Of a stretch of DNA of 64,000 bases, positions 29,731-40,913 are shown in pieces; positions within the stretch are counted from its first letter, which is position 1, and every line of letters starts with the position of its first letter. Source of the stretch: an uncultured cyanobacterium. GTDB lineage: Bacteria; Cyanobacteriota; Cyanobacteriia; Cyanobacteriales; Nostocaceae. A program made the position numbers and the translations under genes. Location of the stretch: positions 416,001 through 480,000 of the forward strand of contig CAVUDP010000001.1 of NCBI GenBank assembly GCA_963740315.1, in the 5' to 3' direction. The notes beneath the pieces are model-generated. The model did no database searches. It saw only the letters and a program-made list of their open reading frames with translations, and was not told where the DNA came from.

Positions 29731-30945
29731 ATGAGCCATCCGGAAATGATGGTATCGAGTGAATTACTCGATGAATTTAGAACTTGCACTCAAATACAAT
29801 ATAGTGGCAAATTAAATATTAAAAGTTCCAAAGGGCATAAGTGGATTTTCTACTATCGATTGGGACGTATAGTTTGGGCAACTGGGGGTACTCATCCCTT
29901 CCGACGTTGGCGCAGACACATGACTCAACATTGCCCTGATATTGATATTGACGAAATGCAGTTTAATTCTAGAGAATTATCAATCTCAAAAGATTACTGG
30001 GATTATAAACTGCTGGAAGTCTTGCATGAAAAACAGAAAATTAAACGCGAGCATATTAACTCTGTTGTAGAAAGGACTATCGCAGAACTAATGTTTGATT
30101 TAGCTCAACAGGCGCATTTCAATCAAATTCAGTCCGATCGCAGTGCTGATGTGGTATTGGAAGCGCCTATGAGCTTTACAAGTGCAGATATGTCTTTGAA
30201 GTTCATGCAAGACACGTGGAAGAATTGGTCAGAAGCGGGATTAGCGAATTTTTCTCCCGATTTGGCACCAATTTTACGCAGACCAGAACAGTTACAGCAG
30301 ATGGTCAGTCCGGCTGTCTACAAAAACTTTGTGAATTTGATGAACGGTAAATATACTCTGCGAGATTTAGCCGTCAAAATGAAGCAAAGTCCGTTACCTA
30401 TAGCTCGTTCTTTATTGCCTTACGTACTCAAGGGGATTATCGAACTGATCAAAGTTCCGGATTTGCCTTTCAAGATAGGTGATGGTCAAAATATATCGAG
30501 TATAGAACCAGAGCCAGAAGCACCTCATGGTCCTTTAATCGCTTGTGTTGATGATAGCCCGCAAGTCTGTCAGATGCTCGAACAAATTCTTGTTCCTCAA
30601 GGATTTAGGTTTATTAAAATTCAAGATCCCGTACAGGCTTTACCAATTTTGATTGAGAATAAACCAGATTTAATTTTTTTAGATTTGGTGATGCCAGTTG
30701 CTAGTGGTTACGAAATTTGCGCTCAATTACGCCGAATTTCAGTTTTCGCCAATACACCAGTGATTATACTTACGGGAAGTGATGGTTTATTTGATAGAGT
30801 TCGTGCCAAGGTAGTGGGTTCTACGGATTTTATTACCAAGCCTGTGGTTGCCGATAAAGTAATAGGAGTAATACGCAAGTATATCCAAACTCCATCACCT
30901 GCTAAAGGTGGCTCAAATCCACAAATGTCATTCGGACATTCTTAA
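29731..30945 (+). CDS. PatA-family response regulator (PixG/PtxA-like)
   Basis: N-terminal PATAN region; C-terminal receiver CVDDS...FLDLVMP...LTG...TKP. Confidence 0.9.
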   Translation: MSHPEMMVSSELLDEFRTCTQIQYSGKLNIKSSKGHKWIFYYRLGRIVWATGGTHPFRRWRRHMTQHCPDIDIDEMQFNSRELSISKDYWDYKLLEVLHEKQKIKREHINSVVERTIAELMFDLAQQAHFNQIQSDRSADVVLEAPMSFTSADMSLKFMQDTWKNWSEAGLANFSPDLAPILRRPEQLQQMVSPAVYKNFVNLMNGKYTLRDLAVKMKQSPLPIARSLLPYVLKGIIELIKVPDLPFKIGDGQNISSIEPEPEAPHGPLIACVDDSPQVCQMLEQILVPQGFRFIKIQDPVQALPILIENKPDLIFLDLVMPVASGYEICAQLRRISVFANTPVIILTGSDGLFDRVRAKVVGSTDFITKPVVADKVIGVIRKYIQTPSPAKGGSNPQMSFGHS

Positions 30946-31136
30946 TTACTTTTATAAGCAATATAAGTGTGGCGGGTCTGCAACATTCGAGCTTAGACAA
31001 AGCCCAAGTGTTTTTACTGAAGCTTAATTTACAACGGATGCATGACAATTAGACAAAGTTCAAGCTTAAAAATGTCTAATTTGATTGCTCAATTTCCGTT
31101 TTTTTCATTGTTAAATAAATTTGATAGGTAATTGCT

Positions 31137-31499
31137 ATGAATACTATTTTGGTCGTTGAAGACGGTTTAACTGATATGCAAATGATTAGCCGTTATTTAG
31201 AGCAAGCAGGCTATAGTGTAATGGGAGCGAAAAGTAGTGAAGAAGCTCAAGAAAAAATTACTCAGAATAAGCCAGATGTCATATTTCTTGACGTAATATT
31301 GCCTGGAAAAAGCGGTTTTGAAATTTGTCGAGAATTAAAAGATAATCCCAATACGAGTACCATACCAGTAGTTTTCTGCTCTACAAAAAATACTGATGTA
31401 GATAAAATGTGGGGTGATATGTTAGGTGCGGATGCTTTTCTTTCTAAGCCTGTAAAAAAGGAAGAACTCGAAGGAGTATTGCAAAAATTGAAAAAATAG
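31137..31499 (+). CDS. cheY: CheY-like response regulator (PixH-like)
   Basis: VVED, FLDVILP, D..WG...GADAFLSKP. Confidence 0.9.
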   Translation: MNTILVVEDGLTDMQMISRYLEQAGYSVMGAKSSEEAQEKITQNKPDVIFLDVILPGKSGFEICRELKDNPNTSTIPVVFCSTKNTDVDKMWGDMLGADAFLSKPVKKEELEGVLQKLKK

Positions 31500-31559
31500 C
31501 TATTAGCATCGAATTCATACATTATAAATGTTAATAATTACTTATAAGGAATAATAACC

Positions 31560-32036
31560 TTGGATACGACGGAAGAAAAGTTTTTAAGTTTTAACTTAGG
31601 TGTAAAAGATACAGCAATCATTTCCTTGCAAAACGTTACAGAAATTTTACCTGTATCTTTAAATGAAGTCTGCTGCGTTCCTCAGATGCCGCCCTGTGTA
31701 TTTGGTATTTATAATTGGCGCGGTGAAATGCTTTGGTTAATTGATTTAGAAGAAATGTTAGGCTACTTACCTTACTCATATGGTAGTAGTTTTGTTTCAA
31801 AAATGATGGCAATTATATTGCAGAAAGAAGGTAAATCTTTGGGATTGTTGGTGCGACAGATTATGGATATTGAAGAATTTAATTTAAATCAAATGAAGCC
31901 ACCATCACCAGAATTGGTTTCTCAAGAAATTGCTCCTTTATTACAAGGATATTTTATTAATTCTTCAGAAGAAATGATTGTTAGTTTAGATGCTTCTGCA
32001 ATTCTTCAATCTCCTTTATGGTCAATTCATAATTAA
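31560..32036 (+). CDS. cheW: CheW adaptor (PixI-like), TTG start
   Basis: [24 protein letters not shown]. Confidence 0.92.
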   Translation: MDTTEEKFLSFNLGVKDTAIISLQNVTEILPVSLNEVCCVPQMPPCVFGIYNWRGEMLWLIDLEEMLGYLPYSYGSSFVSKMMAIILQKEGKSLGLLVRQIMDIEEFNLNQMKPPSPELVSQEIAPLLQGYFINSSEEMIVSLDASAILQSPLWSIHN

Positions 32037-32083
32037 TCTATAAAAATCTTTCCCGTAATTTAAAATACTTTAAGGTACTTTCA

Positions 32084-35000
32084 ATGACTAACGCATATCA
32101 AGAAAATACTGAAAACGGACATCACATCGCACAAGTAGAGCAATCCGATAGACTCAGCGAATTAAATCAACAAGTCTCAACTTCTCCAAGTGTTGAGCAG
32201 CAATTTAAGAATTGGCGATCGCAGTTATCGTCAATTCTTAATCAAGTTCGCCAAGTAAAAGACAAAGATGAATTAATCCAAGTTACCAGCGCAGTAGTAA
32301 GTAAAAAAATCAAAGCCGAGCGAGTGCTTGTTTATCGCTTTGAGAATTCATCATCTGGTGTCGTTGTAGGAGAATCAGTTAATCAGGGTTTGACACCCTC
32401 ACGGGGGGAAACTCTCCCAGCGATGATTTTTGGGTTAGACACAAGAGAAGAATATTTAGAAGCTGTCGGTATTAACGATATTAAGGAAGTTGAACTGACG
32501 GCTTACAAAGCTCAACTGTTAGATAAATTCCAAATTAAAGCTAGTTTAAGCATTCCGATTTTATTTGCAGGTGAAGTTTGGGGATTGCTAGGGATACAAA
32601 GTTGTGCAAAAGCGCGTCAGTGGGAAGAATCGGAAATTAGCTTGTTAACTCAAGTCACCGCAGAATTTTCTCACAAATTGCACAGCTTTGAATTGCAAAG
32701 AAAACTGGAGCAGCAAGCACAAGAGTTTAAATCGATATCAAAAGTTATTGATAAAATTCAGCTAGCTTCAAGTCTGGATAAAGTTTTCCGCACTACTACC
32801 CAGGAAGTTCGCGAAATAATTAAATGCGATCGTTTAGCGGTTTATCGCTTTGATGCTGATTGGAGTGGCGAATTCGTTGCTGAATCTGTTGCAAACGGTT
32901 GGGTACCGTTAGTTGGTCCTGGGATCAAAACTGTCTGGGAAGATACTCACTTGCAGGAAACTAAAGGAGGGCGTTATCGCCAGCACGAATCTTTAGTCGC
33001 GAATGATATCTATAAGATGAATCATGCTCCCTGCCATGTTGAGATTTTGGAACAGTTTCAAGTCAGAGCGTATGTAATTGTTCCAGTATTTTCAGGACAG
33101 AAACTATGGGGTTTGCTAGGTGCTTATCAAAATAGTGGTACCTATGAATGGCGAGAAGAACAAGTTAAACTATTGCGCCAAATTGCGATTAACTTAGGCG
33201 TAGCTGTATCTCAGGCAGAATTCGTACAGCAAACCGAAGAGCAATCACAACAATTAGCGAAGACGGCGGAACGTCAGCAAAGTTTAATTAGCCTGACTCG
33301 TAAAATTGGAGAAGGGCTTACACAAAAAGTTGCAGATTCCTCGCAATTTAGTCTAATTCTGCAAACAACTGCTTATGAAGTCCGTCGCTTATTGCAAACT
33401 GACCACACCGCTATTTATCGTTTTAATCAGGATTGGAGCGGTGAATTTATTGCAGAATCTATCGGCAAAAACTGGAAAGCTTTTGTAGACAAAGAAATTG
33501 ACCAAGCTTTATTAAAAGAGAACGGTCATTGCGACTCCATTCGCAGCCTTGAGTCAATTTACAAAGAAAAAGATACTCATCTTCAAGATACTCAAGGAGG
33601 TCGTTATAAACAAAAAGCTAGTTTCGTTGTTGATGATGTGGAAAAAGCAGGGTTTCCTCCTTGCTATAAAGAGCTTTTAGATCAATTTGAAGCCAAAGCT
33701 TATCTGACCGTTCCTATTTTTCAAGGCGATAAACTTTGGGGATTGTTAGCGAGCTATCAACATTCTGGAAGCCGCCACTGGGAAGAATTTGAAGTCACTG
33801 CAATGGAACAGATTGCCGTGCTGTTAGGAGTAGCCATTCAACAGACACAAACGTTAGATAAATATCAGCAGCAATCTCAGAAAATGGCTAAAGCCGTACA
33901 ACGCGATCGCGCTGTAGCCAAAGTGATCGATAAAATCAGGCAAACTCTCGACATGGAGAGTATCTTTTTAACTACTACTCAAGAAATGCGGGCGCTCCTG
34001 AATACCGATCGTGTAGCAGTATATCGCCTCAATCCAGACTATAGTGGAGAATTTGTCTCTGAATCCATAAGTCATGGCTGGCTTCCTTTAGTAGAAAGAC
34101 AACATCAAATTCGCCGTTTACAAGACAGTATAAATAGCTGTACTAGAATGCGAACTTTGTTCAAAAATAGCGAAGCAAGTACAGCTAATACAGACCCCTA
34201 TTTACAGAATGCTTTAGGTAACATGGGTGAGAAACAATCCTATGTGGTTTCTGATATATACGCTAAGGGATTTAACGAATGCTATCTTCAGGTGTTAGAG
34301 CAATACCAATGTAAAGCTTACGCTATTGTCCCCATTTATCAAGGACAAAAACTCTGGGGAATGCTTGCAGCTTATCAGAATGACGGTCCGCGCGAATGGG
34401 AAGATGCAGAAGTTAACCTGTTGACGCAAATTGCAACTCAATTAAGCGTAGCCCTACAACAGGCTGAATTCCTCCAACAATTACAAACACAGTCTTCACA
34501 AGTTGCAGAAGCAGCAGCACGAGAGAAGCAAGCCAGAGAACAATTGCAAAAAGGAGCAATGCAGCTCTTAGCAGCAGTTAGACCGGCTTTAAACGGCGAT
34601 TTAACAGTACGTGCGCCAATTACCGAAGATGAGCTAGGTACGATCGCCGACGCTTACAACAACACTTTACAAGCATTGCGGCAAATCGTTCTTCAAGTAC
34701 AAGCAGCCGCTCAACAAGTTGCAGAAACTTCCGCTAAAAGCAACGTGTCACTGAATGGATTGACTGATTTGGCGCAACAACAGTCAAGAGAAATCAGCGG
34801 TTCTTTAACCGAGATTCAACAAATGGTTGATTCCACGCAAGAGGTGGTAGCAAACGCTGAATCAGTACAAATTGCAGTCCAAAAAGCCAATCAAACCGTA
34901 GATTCCGGCGATGCAGCCATGAATATGACTGTAGAAGCAATTCAAGGCATCCGCGAAACAGTTTCTCAAACCAGTAAAAAGATTAAGCGTCTGAGTGAAT

Positions 35001-35530
35001 CCTCGCAGAAGATTTCTAAAGTCGTAAATTTGATTAGTAACTTCGCGACTCAAACCAACGTACTAGCACTGAATGCAGCAATTGAAGCGACTCGTGCTGG
35101 CGAATACGGTAAAGGCTTTGCTGTAGTAGCCGATGAAGTACGTTCATTGTCCCGTCAGTCAGCAGCAGCAACCATCGAAATTGAAAAACTAGTCCAAGAA
35201 ATTCAAGAAGAAACGGGTGAAGTTGCAGTAGCAATGGAAACAGGTATTCAGCAGGTAGTAGAAGGTACCAATCTGGTAAATGAAACCAGACAGAACCTCA
35301 ACGACATTGTTGATGCAACTGCTGAAATCAGCGAATTACTCCAAAGAATTACCGATGCAACCCAAACTCAGATGCTGCAATCGGTATCAGCCACAGCATC
35401 CATGAAAGATGTAGCCCAAATTTCCCAAAAGACTTCCACCGAAGCTAACAGCATTGCCTCAGTATTCCAACAGTTATCTGAAATGGGACAAGAGTTGTTA
35501 GCGAGTGTAAGTAAATTCAAAGTCAACTAG
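32084..35530 (+). CDS. Soluble methyl-accepting photoreceptor with four GAF domains (cyanobacteriochrome, PixJ/PtxD-like)
   Basis: Four GAF repeats; WEDTHLQET...CH in GAF2; MCP tip [31 protein letters not shown]. Confidence 0.93.
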   Translation: MTNAYQENTENGHHIAQVEQSDRLSELNQQVSTSPSVEQQFKNWRSQLSSILNQVRQVKDKDELIQVTSAVVSKKIKAERVLVYRFENSSSGVVVGESVNQGLTPSRGETLPAMIFGLDTREEYLEAVGINDIKEVELTAYKAQLLDKFQIKASLSIPILFAGEVWGLLGIQSCAKARQWEESEISLLTQVTAEFSHKLHSFELQRKLEQQAQEFKSISKVIDKIQLASSLDKVFRTTTQEVREIIKCDRLAVYRFDADWSGEFVAESVANGWVPLVGPGIKTVWEDTHLQETKGGRYRQHESLVANDIYKMNHAPCHVEILEQFQVRAYVIVPVFSGQKLWGLLGAYQNSGTYEWREEQVKLLRQIAINLGVAVSQAEFVQQTEEQSQQLAKTAERQQSLISLTRKIGEGLTQKVADSSQFSLILQTTAYEVRRLLQTDHTAIYRFNQDWSGEFIAESIGKNWKAFVDKEIDQALLKENGHCDSIRSLESIYKEKDTHLQDTQGGRYKQKASFVVDDVEKAGFPPCYKELLDQFEAKAYLTVPIFQGDKLWGLLASYQHSGSRHWEEFEVTAMEQIAVLLGVAIQQTQTLDKYQQQSQKMAKAVQRDRAVAKVIDKIRQTLDMESIFLTTTQEMRALLNTDRVAVYRLNPDYSGEFVSESISHGWLPLVERQHQIRRLQDSINSCTRMRTLFKNSEASTANTDPYLQNALGNMGEKQSYVVSDIYAKGFNECYLQVLEQYQCKAYAIVPIYQGQKLWGMLAAYQNDGPREWEDAEVNLLTQIATQLSVALQQAEFLQQLQTQSSQVAEAAAREKQAREQLQKGAMQLLAAVRPALNGDLTVRAPITEDELGTIADAYNNTLQALRQIVLQVQAAAQQVAETSAKSNVSLNGLTDLAQQQSREISGSLTEIQQMVDSTQEVVANAESVQIAVQKANQTVDSGDAAMNMTVEAIQGIRETVSQTSKKIKRLSESSQKISKVVNLISNFATQTNVLALNAAIEATRAGEYGKGFAVVADEVRSLSRQSAAATIEIEKLVQEIQEETGEVAVAMETGIQQVVEGTNLVNETRQNLNDIVDATAEISELLQRITDATQTQMLQSVSATASMKDVAQISQKTSTEANSIASVFQQLSEMGQELLASVSKFKVN

Positions 35531-35564
35531 ATTTTGGATTTTAGATTTTAGATTTTGGATTTTG
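35530..35564 (+). repeat. GATTTT(G/A) x5 heptamer array
   Basis: Inverted relative to the array at 36131-36165. Confidence 0.9.
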
Positions 35565-35568
35565 GATT

Positions 35569-35952
35569 ATGAATGAAAGGGAATTTAAAAAGAGAACAAA
35601 GCACTTAGCACTGCGAGTAATCCGTTTAATCGAAGCGCTAGAAGCACTCCCTTACAACTTGACTGCGACTATTATTAGCAAGCAGTTAATTCGTTCCGCA
35701 ACTTCTGTAGGTGCTAATTATCGTTCAGCTTGTCGGGCCAAATCAACTGCCGATATTATTGCCAAACTAAGTTTAGTTGAAGAAGAAGCAGATGAAACCC
35801 TTTATTGGATGGAACTCATTGTTGAGTCTGGTTTAATGCCACAAGAAAAATTAACTAATTTGATGTTGGAAACTAACGAGATTTTAGCAATGACTGTAGC
35901 ATCCATCAAAACTTTACGTATCAAATCTCAGCATCCAAAGTCCAAAATTTGA
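35569..35952 (+). CDS. Four-helix-bundle protein (23S rRNA IVP/bAvd-like family)
   Basis: QLIRSATSVGANY.SACRAKS.ADII.KL..VEEEADET.YW.EL. Confidence 0.92.
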   Translation: MNEREFKKRTKHLALRVIRLIEALEALPYNLTATIISKQLIRSATSVGANYRSACRAKSTADIIAKLSLVEEEADETLYWMELIVESGLMPQEKLTNLMLETNEILAMTVASIKTLRIKSQHPKSKI

Positions 35953-35957
35953 AATCT

Positions 35958-36052
35958 GGCATTACTAATTAAATGTATGAATTTCGATCGTGCAATAAAT
36001 AGTTATTCGGTTGTGCTGAAAACGTAGATTCATACTCTTATTGAGTAATACC
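35958..36052. repeat. ~95-bp inverted-repeat element
   Basis: GGCATTACTaattaaatGTATGAAT ... ATTCATACtcttattgAGTAATACC. Confidence 0.6.
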
Positions 36053-36130
36053 TAAAATCACTGACACTTGTCGTATTCGGAGCGCAACTTTGCTGCATAT
36101 CGGCTCTTACTACCCACCACGAAGTGTCTT

Positions 36131-36165
36131 CAAAATCTAAAATCCAAAATCCAAAATCCAAAATT
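36131..36165 (-). repeat. (C/T)AAAATC x5 heptamer array
   Basis: Reverse complement of the array at 35530-35564. Confidence 0.9.
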
Positions 36166-36171
36166 TAAATC

Positions 36172-39100
36172 ATGATTACTGATTCTTCCATCCGCGAACA
36201 AGGGTATATTTATTTTCTCAGTGAAGCTCCTGAATTACTGCAAACTATTGAACAAGAACTTTTTGGTTTGATTGAAGACCGAAGTACTAATAGGGTGCAT
36301 AATTTAATGCGAGCTACTCATACGCTTAAAGGCGGGGCTGCAAACGTTGAATTAGAATCAATTACTAAAATAGCTCATTCTTTAGAGGATGTTTTTAAGG
36401 CTTTATATAATCCTGAAGTCGAAATTGATTCTCAACTGCATTCTTTATTGTTACAAGCTTTTGAGTGTTTACAATTATGTTTAACATCGGAAATCACGGC
36501 TACTAATATTGATGATGATGAACTGATGCAGCGAGCGGCTTCGGTGTTTGCACAGTTACAGGAAAGACTCGGTGATGCATTCGGGGCTGAGGCTCATATT
36601 CCTACTTCTGAGGAATTGGGTTTTGATATTGTATTATCAATTTTTGAAACAGGTGTAACTCAACGTATAGATAGTATTGAAGAGTTACTCAAAAATCCTC
36701 CCGAAACTACTGAACTTGCTAATTTTTTACGCACTCAAGCTGAAGTATTTACGGGATTGTCTGAGTCTTTAAATTTACCTGGTTTTGGTAAAATAACTCA
36801 AGCTATTCTTGCTGCATTAGAGGCGAATTCTTCTCAAGCTTCGGAAATCGCTAAAATAGCTTTAACCGATCTACAGCAAGCTCGAAAAGCTGTTTTAGCT
36901 GGCGATAGAGAACGTGGTGGGGAAGCTTCACAGGCTTTACTTGCTTTTTCCCAGCCTTTAGCAATTGATTCTCTCGATGATAGAGATAGTTTGGAAGATA
37001 TATCTGTAAGTACAACAACTGAATCAATTACTACTAAATCTTTAAGAAATGAAATAGAGCAATTATACGAATTTTTAACAGCAGGAAATATTGATAATGA
37101 ACCTCTCAAACCAAAATCCGCAAAGTTTCATTTAAAAGTTATTCGGTATATTTTAGGTTGGTTTAATCATGAATTAGATATTCCCGAACAAAAACTCGGT
37201 TTAAATTTACTTCTTCCTAAAAAGGATATAGAAAATGCTGTTGAATATATAGAAAACTGGCTCCAAGAATTTTTGGAATTCGTTCAAGATGATTCGGATA
37301 GTCCAAGTCTTTGCCTTTACCGCCTCGGTGGTATTTTAACAGTACTTTTATCTGTCGCTAAATTTAAGTGTCATCAAGAGAATCTATGTAACTTTTCGGT
37401 AATTGACACTTTACAGAATAAAGTTTCTGATATTGCCAAAGAATATAAAAATTATTCTCCTGTTGCTGTTGAAGAAAAACAATGGCTTGATAGTTCAAAA
37501 TTACAAAAACTGTTAGAAATTAAAAACATATCTGATGGTGAAATTGCTACAAATCCAACCGAAAATATGGTAGAAGCAATCTGGGGAGAAGAAATAGATT
37601 CTACTTTAGCGTCGAATATTATTGAGGAAAAAACAACAGAATTTCAATCCAATAATAATATAGATAATACATCGACTACATCTGAATTATTAGATATAAG
37701 CAATGATGAAGATTCTCCGGAGACAATTATTCAATTTGCGGCTAATTCTGTTACGCCAACTGAAAATCATATAGATAAGAAACCGGCTGCTCCAGCTAGA
37801 ACTTCTAAATTACCTTCTTTTGTACGTGTAGATGTAGAAAGTTTACAGCGTCTCAATTATTTAGCTGGAGAATTATTAATTTATCAAAAGCGCCGCACTT
37901 CCCACGATGAACAGCTTAAACAAACAATTAAGCAATTAGCCGAAAAACTTCAAAAACATCAACTATCTTTAGAACGATTGCGGGAATTACCCGTACATCA
38001 TCAAAAAGTAGGATCGCGAAATACGCTAAATTTTGCTTCTGTAGACTTTGATTCTTTAGAAATGGATGACTACACGGAGTTTCATTTAGGGTTACACGAA
38101 GTTAGCGAACAAGCAACACAATTACAGGAAATTTTAGAATCAGCGGATGTAATTATTCAGCAATCTGCTCAAGTTCACGATAAGAAACAGCGATTAGCAC
38201 TTGGTATTATTGATAATTTAGTCGAAGCAAGAATGTTGCCTCTGGGTAATATTCTCAATCGCTTCCCTCAAATGGTACAAAACCTTACCAATATTCACGG
38301 TAAAAATGTTGAATTGCGGTTGAGTGGCGGCTCCGTTTTAGTAGATAAAGCAATTGCTGAAAAGCTTTACGACCCATTATTACATTTAGTGCGTAACGCC
38401 TACGATCATGGTATTGAATCGCCAGAAATTCGTCGCGATCGCGGTAAATCAGAACAAGGCTCAATCGAAATTTGTGCTTACAATCGAGGTTCTCAAACTG
38501 TCATCGAAGTTCGAGATGATGGTGGAGGGTTGAATTTTGAGAAAATTCGCAATAAAGCCATCGAATTAGGACTTTTACGTCAAGATAAAGAATTTGGCAG
38601 ACACGATTCGGGCTTGATGGAAGAAGAATTATTAGATTGTTTATTTTCGCCAGGATTTTCGACTGCTGGTAAAGTAACTGATATTTCTGGGCGCGGTATT
38701 GGGTTGGATATTGTTCGCACTCAATTGGAAGCACTCAACGGTTCGATTGCAGTTTACTCGCAACCCCAGCAAGGAACAACTTTTGTATTAAAAATTCCTT
38801 TTTCTATGACTACTGAAAAATTAATGATAGTTCAAACGGGAGGTGCTGCTTATGCACTGCTATTAGACAGCATTGCGAAAATATTGCTTCCATCTCCCGA
38901 TCAAATTAAACATTTTGAAACTAAAAAAGTTCTTTACTGGAATACGGGTAAAGAAAAACGCATGGTAAATCTGCTCAATCTTTCAGATTTAATGCAATAT
39001 CATCGCCCCTTCAAGAGTGAGAATTCTTTAAATATTCAACCTACGATTAACAATACAAATGAAACCGTAAATCCTATACTGTTACTACGCAACAACGACC

Positions 39101-39810
39101 AAATTTTAGGTTTAGAAATTGACCAAATAATCGGCGAGCAGGAACTAGTAGTTAGACCTTTAGGTCAAGCAATTGCTCCACCAAAATATGTTTACGGTTG
39201 TAGCAGTTTAGCTAATGGTAATTTAATTCTAGTAATTGACGGTAATTTGCTCCCATCCATTGGCGAAATGCAAGCATCAATTGATTATATGGCGTTACCC
39301 TCAGCGGCTTCAAGTAAGAAAGCTTTGCAAATGTCGGGAGAAATTATTACATCCAAAGCGCTACTTGCTGCTTCTAAATCTACAAATAATCCTCAAATCT
39401 CTTCCGGAAATCAAGTTAAATCATCAGTCAACACTTCAAAAGTAGTTTTAGTAGTAGATGATGCAATTAGTCTGCGGCAAACTATTTCTTTAACTTTGCA
39501 AAAATATGGCTATCATGTAGTACAAGCTCAAAATGGTATAGAAGCTTTAGAAAAATTACAGCATCATCCAGAAGTCAAGTTAGTGATTTCAGATTTAGAA
39601 ATGCCTCGGATGAATGGTTTTGAATTGTTAAGTAATTTGCGCCAAAGCACTAATTTAGCTAATTTACCTGTAGTTGTTCTTACTTCTCGTAGTGCAGAAA
39701 AACATCGTCAGCTTGCGGAGGCATTAGGTGCAAATGCTTATTTAACTAAGCCTTATTTAGAACATGAATTTCTTTCTAAGGTTGAACAATTAGTAACCAG
39801 TAATTCGTAA
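36172..39810 (+). CDS. cheA: CheA-CheY hybrid histidine kinase (PixL-like)
   Basis: HPt RATHTLKG; HLVRNAYDHGIE, DDGGG, PGFST...SGRGIGLD; CheW domain; C-terminal receiver DLEMPRMNG. Confidence 0.95.
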   Translation: MITDSSIREQGYIYFLSEAPELLQTIEQELFGLIEDRSTNRVHNLMRATHTLKGGAANVELESITKIAHSLEDVFKALYNPEVEIDSQLHSLLLQAFECLQLCLTSEITATNIDDDELMQRAASVFAQLQERLGDAFGAEAHIPTSEELGFDIVLSIFETGVTQRIDSIEELLKNPPETTELANFLRTQAEVFTGLSESLNLPGFGKITQAILAALEANSSQASEIAKIALTDLQQARKAVLAGDRERGGEASQALLAFSQPLAIDSLDDRDSLEDISVSTTTESITTKSLRNEIEQLYEFLTAGNIDNEPLKPKSAKFHLKVIRYILGWFNHELDIPEQKLGLNLLLPKKDIENAVEYIENWLQEFLEFVQDDSDSPSLCLYRLGGILTVLLSVAKFKCHQENLCNFSVIDTLQNKVSDIAKEYKNYSPVAVEEKQWLDSSKLQKLLEIKNISDGEIATNPTENMVEAIWGEEIDSTLASNIIEEKTTEFQSNNNIDNTSTTSELLDISNDEDSPETIIQFAANSVTPTENHIDKKPAAPARTSKLPSFVRVDVESLQRLNYLAGELLIYQKRRTSHDEQLKQTIKQLAEKLQKHQLSLERLRELPVHHQKVGSRNTLNFASVDFDSLEMDDYTEFHLGLHEVSEQATQLQEILESADVIIQQSAQVHDKKQRLALGIIDNLVEARMLPLGNILNRFPQMVQNLTNIHGKNVELRLSGGSVLVDKAIAEKLYDPLLHLVRNAYDHGIESPEIRRDRGKSEQGSIEICAYNRGSQTVIEVRDDGGGLNFEKIRNKAIELGLLRQDKEFGRHDSGLMEEELLDCLFSPGFSTAGKVTDISGRGIGLDIVRTQLEALNGSIAVYSQPQQGTTFVLKIPFSMTTEKLMIVQTGGAAYALLLDSIAKILLPSPDQIKHFETKKVLYWNTGKEKRMVNLLNLSDLMQYHRPFKSENSLNIQPTINNTNETVNPILLLRNNDQILGLEIDQIIGEQELVVRPLGQAIAPPKYVYGCSSLANGNLILVIDGNLLPSIGEMQASIDYMALPSAASSKKALQMSGEIITSKALLAASKSTNNPQISSGNQVKSSVNTSKVVLVVDDAISLRQTISLTLQKYGYHVVQAQNGIEALEKLQHHPEVKLVISDLEMPRMNGFELLSNLRQSTNLANLPVVVLTSRSAEKHRQLAEALGANAYLTKPYLEHEFLSKVEQLVTSNS

Positions 39811-40077
39811 TTGCAGAAATTATAAAACATTTATAATAATTTACAAACCCGGTTTAAAAAAACCTGGTTTTTTAATATCTATAATTTTTATGTTTGTAGA
39901 GAGATATTAAGTAAATATCACCTGACAAACATCCTCTAAAAAAATTTTGCTAACATATTTTTAACACATTAAGTAACATAAACTCATACTTAGATAACTT
40001 TTTACTGTCCGCAATCGGGAAACTGATGCTACCGTAGTGAAACTAGATATATACTTACACTTCGTTCTCATGGGTTT

Positions 40078-40812
40078 ATGAAGTTGTTGATACGTCGCAT
40101 ACTTTATTGGGTAGCCCCCTTTAGCCTACTTGCTGGGTGTTCTGCTGTCGAAATTATTAAACCAATACCACCAACACCACCAACACCACAATTGTCGGAA
40201 ACTCCTTTAAAAACACCTGAATCGGTAACGCAGAATAATCTTTCGGTTTTAGAACAACGAGTAATTGCCGAAATGAATCTGGCTCGGACAAATCCTCAAG
40301 CCTATGCTGCTATATTGGAAGATTATAGAAAAAACTTTGAAGGTAAACGAGTCAAAATTTCTAAAAATGTTTATTTAATAACTCAAGAAGGTGTCAGAGC
40401 GGTTGATGAAGCTATTCTCTATCTGAAAACGGTTTCCCCCGTACCTCCGGTAACTGCTTCAAAAGGAATGTCGAGAGCTGCTAGGGATCATGTTAAAGAC
40501 CAAGGACCAAAAGGTATAGTCGGTCACAACGGTAGCGATGGTAGCGACCCTTTTAAACGTTTAAGTCGTTACGGAAAATGGCAAGTTACTGCCGGTGAAA
40601 ATATCAGCTACGGTTCCCACACGGCAAGGGATATTGTTATGCAGCTAATTATCGATGATGGAGTTCGCGATCGCGGTCATCGAATAAATATGTTTAACCC
40701 TGATTTCAAAGTATCGGGTGTTGCTTTCGGAATTCACACTACCTACAGACAGATGTGCGTTATCACCTACGCTGGTGGATATAAAGATAAGTCAGTTAAC
40801 AGTTACCAGTGA
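40078..40812 (+). CDS. CAP/SCP domain lipoprotein
   Basis: Lipobox LLAGC; AARDH, GH.GSDGS, GENI, DDGV..RGHR.N. Confidence 0.88.
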   Translation: MKLLIRRILYWVAPFSLLAGCSAVEIIKPIPPTPPTPQLSETPLKTPESVTQNNLSVLEQRVIAEMNLARTNPQAYAAILEDYRKNFEGKRVKISKNVYLITQEGVRAVDEAILYLKTVSPVPPVTASKGMSRAARDHVKDQGPKGIVGHNGSDGSDPFKRLSRYGKWQVTAGENISYGSHTARDIVMQLIIDDGVRDRGHRINMFNPDFKVSGVAFGIHTTYRQMCVITYAGGYKDKSVNSYQ

Positions 40813-40912
40813 CCAGTTAACAGTTACCAGTTACCAGTTACCAGCGAACAACTAGAAGTTTAACTACTTAACTCCTAACTCAATATTCCTAACTCAATAT
40901 TCCTAACTCTCT
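40792..40912. repeat. Heptamer tandem repeats (CAGTTAC/CAGTTAA; CCTAACT-like)
   Basis: Visible tandem units overlapping the 3' end of the CAP gene. Confidence 0.8.
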
Positions 40913-40913
40913 A

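Noticed and set aside
35569..35952. Four-helix-bundle gene as the Avd of a diversity-generating retroelement
   Set aside because: No reverse transcriptase and no TR/VR pair with adenine-specific mismatches seen in the window.
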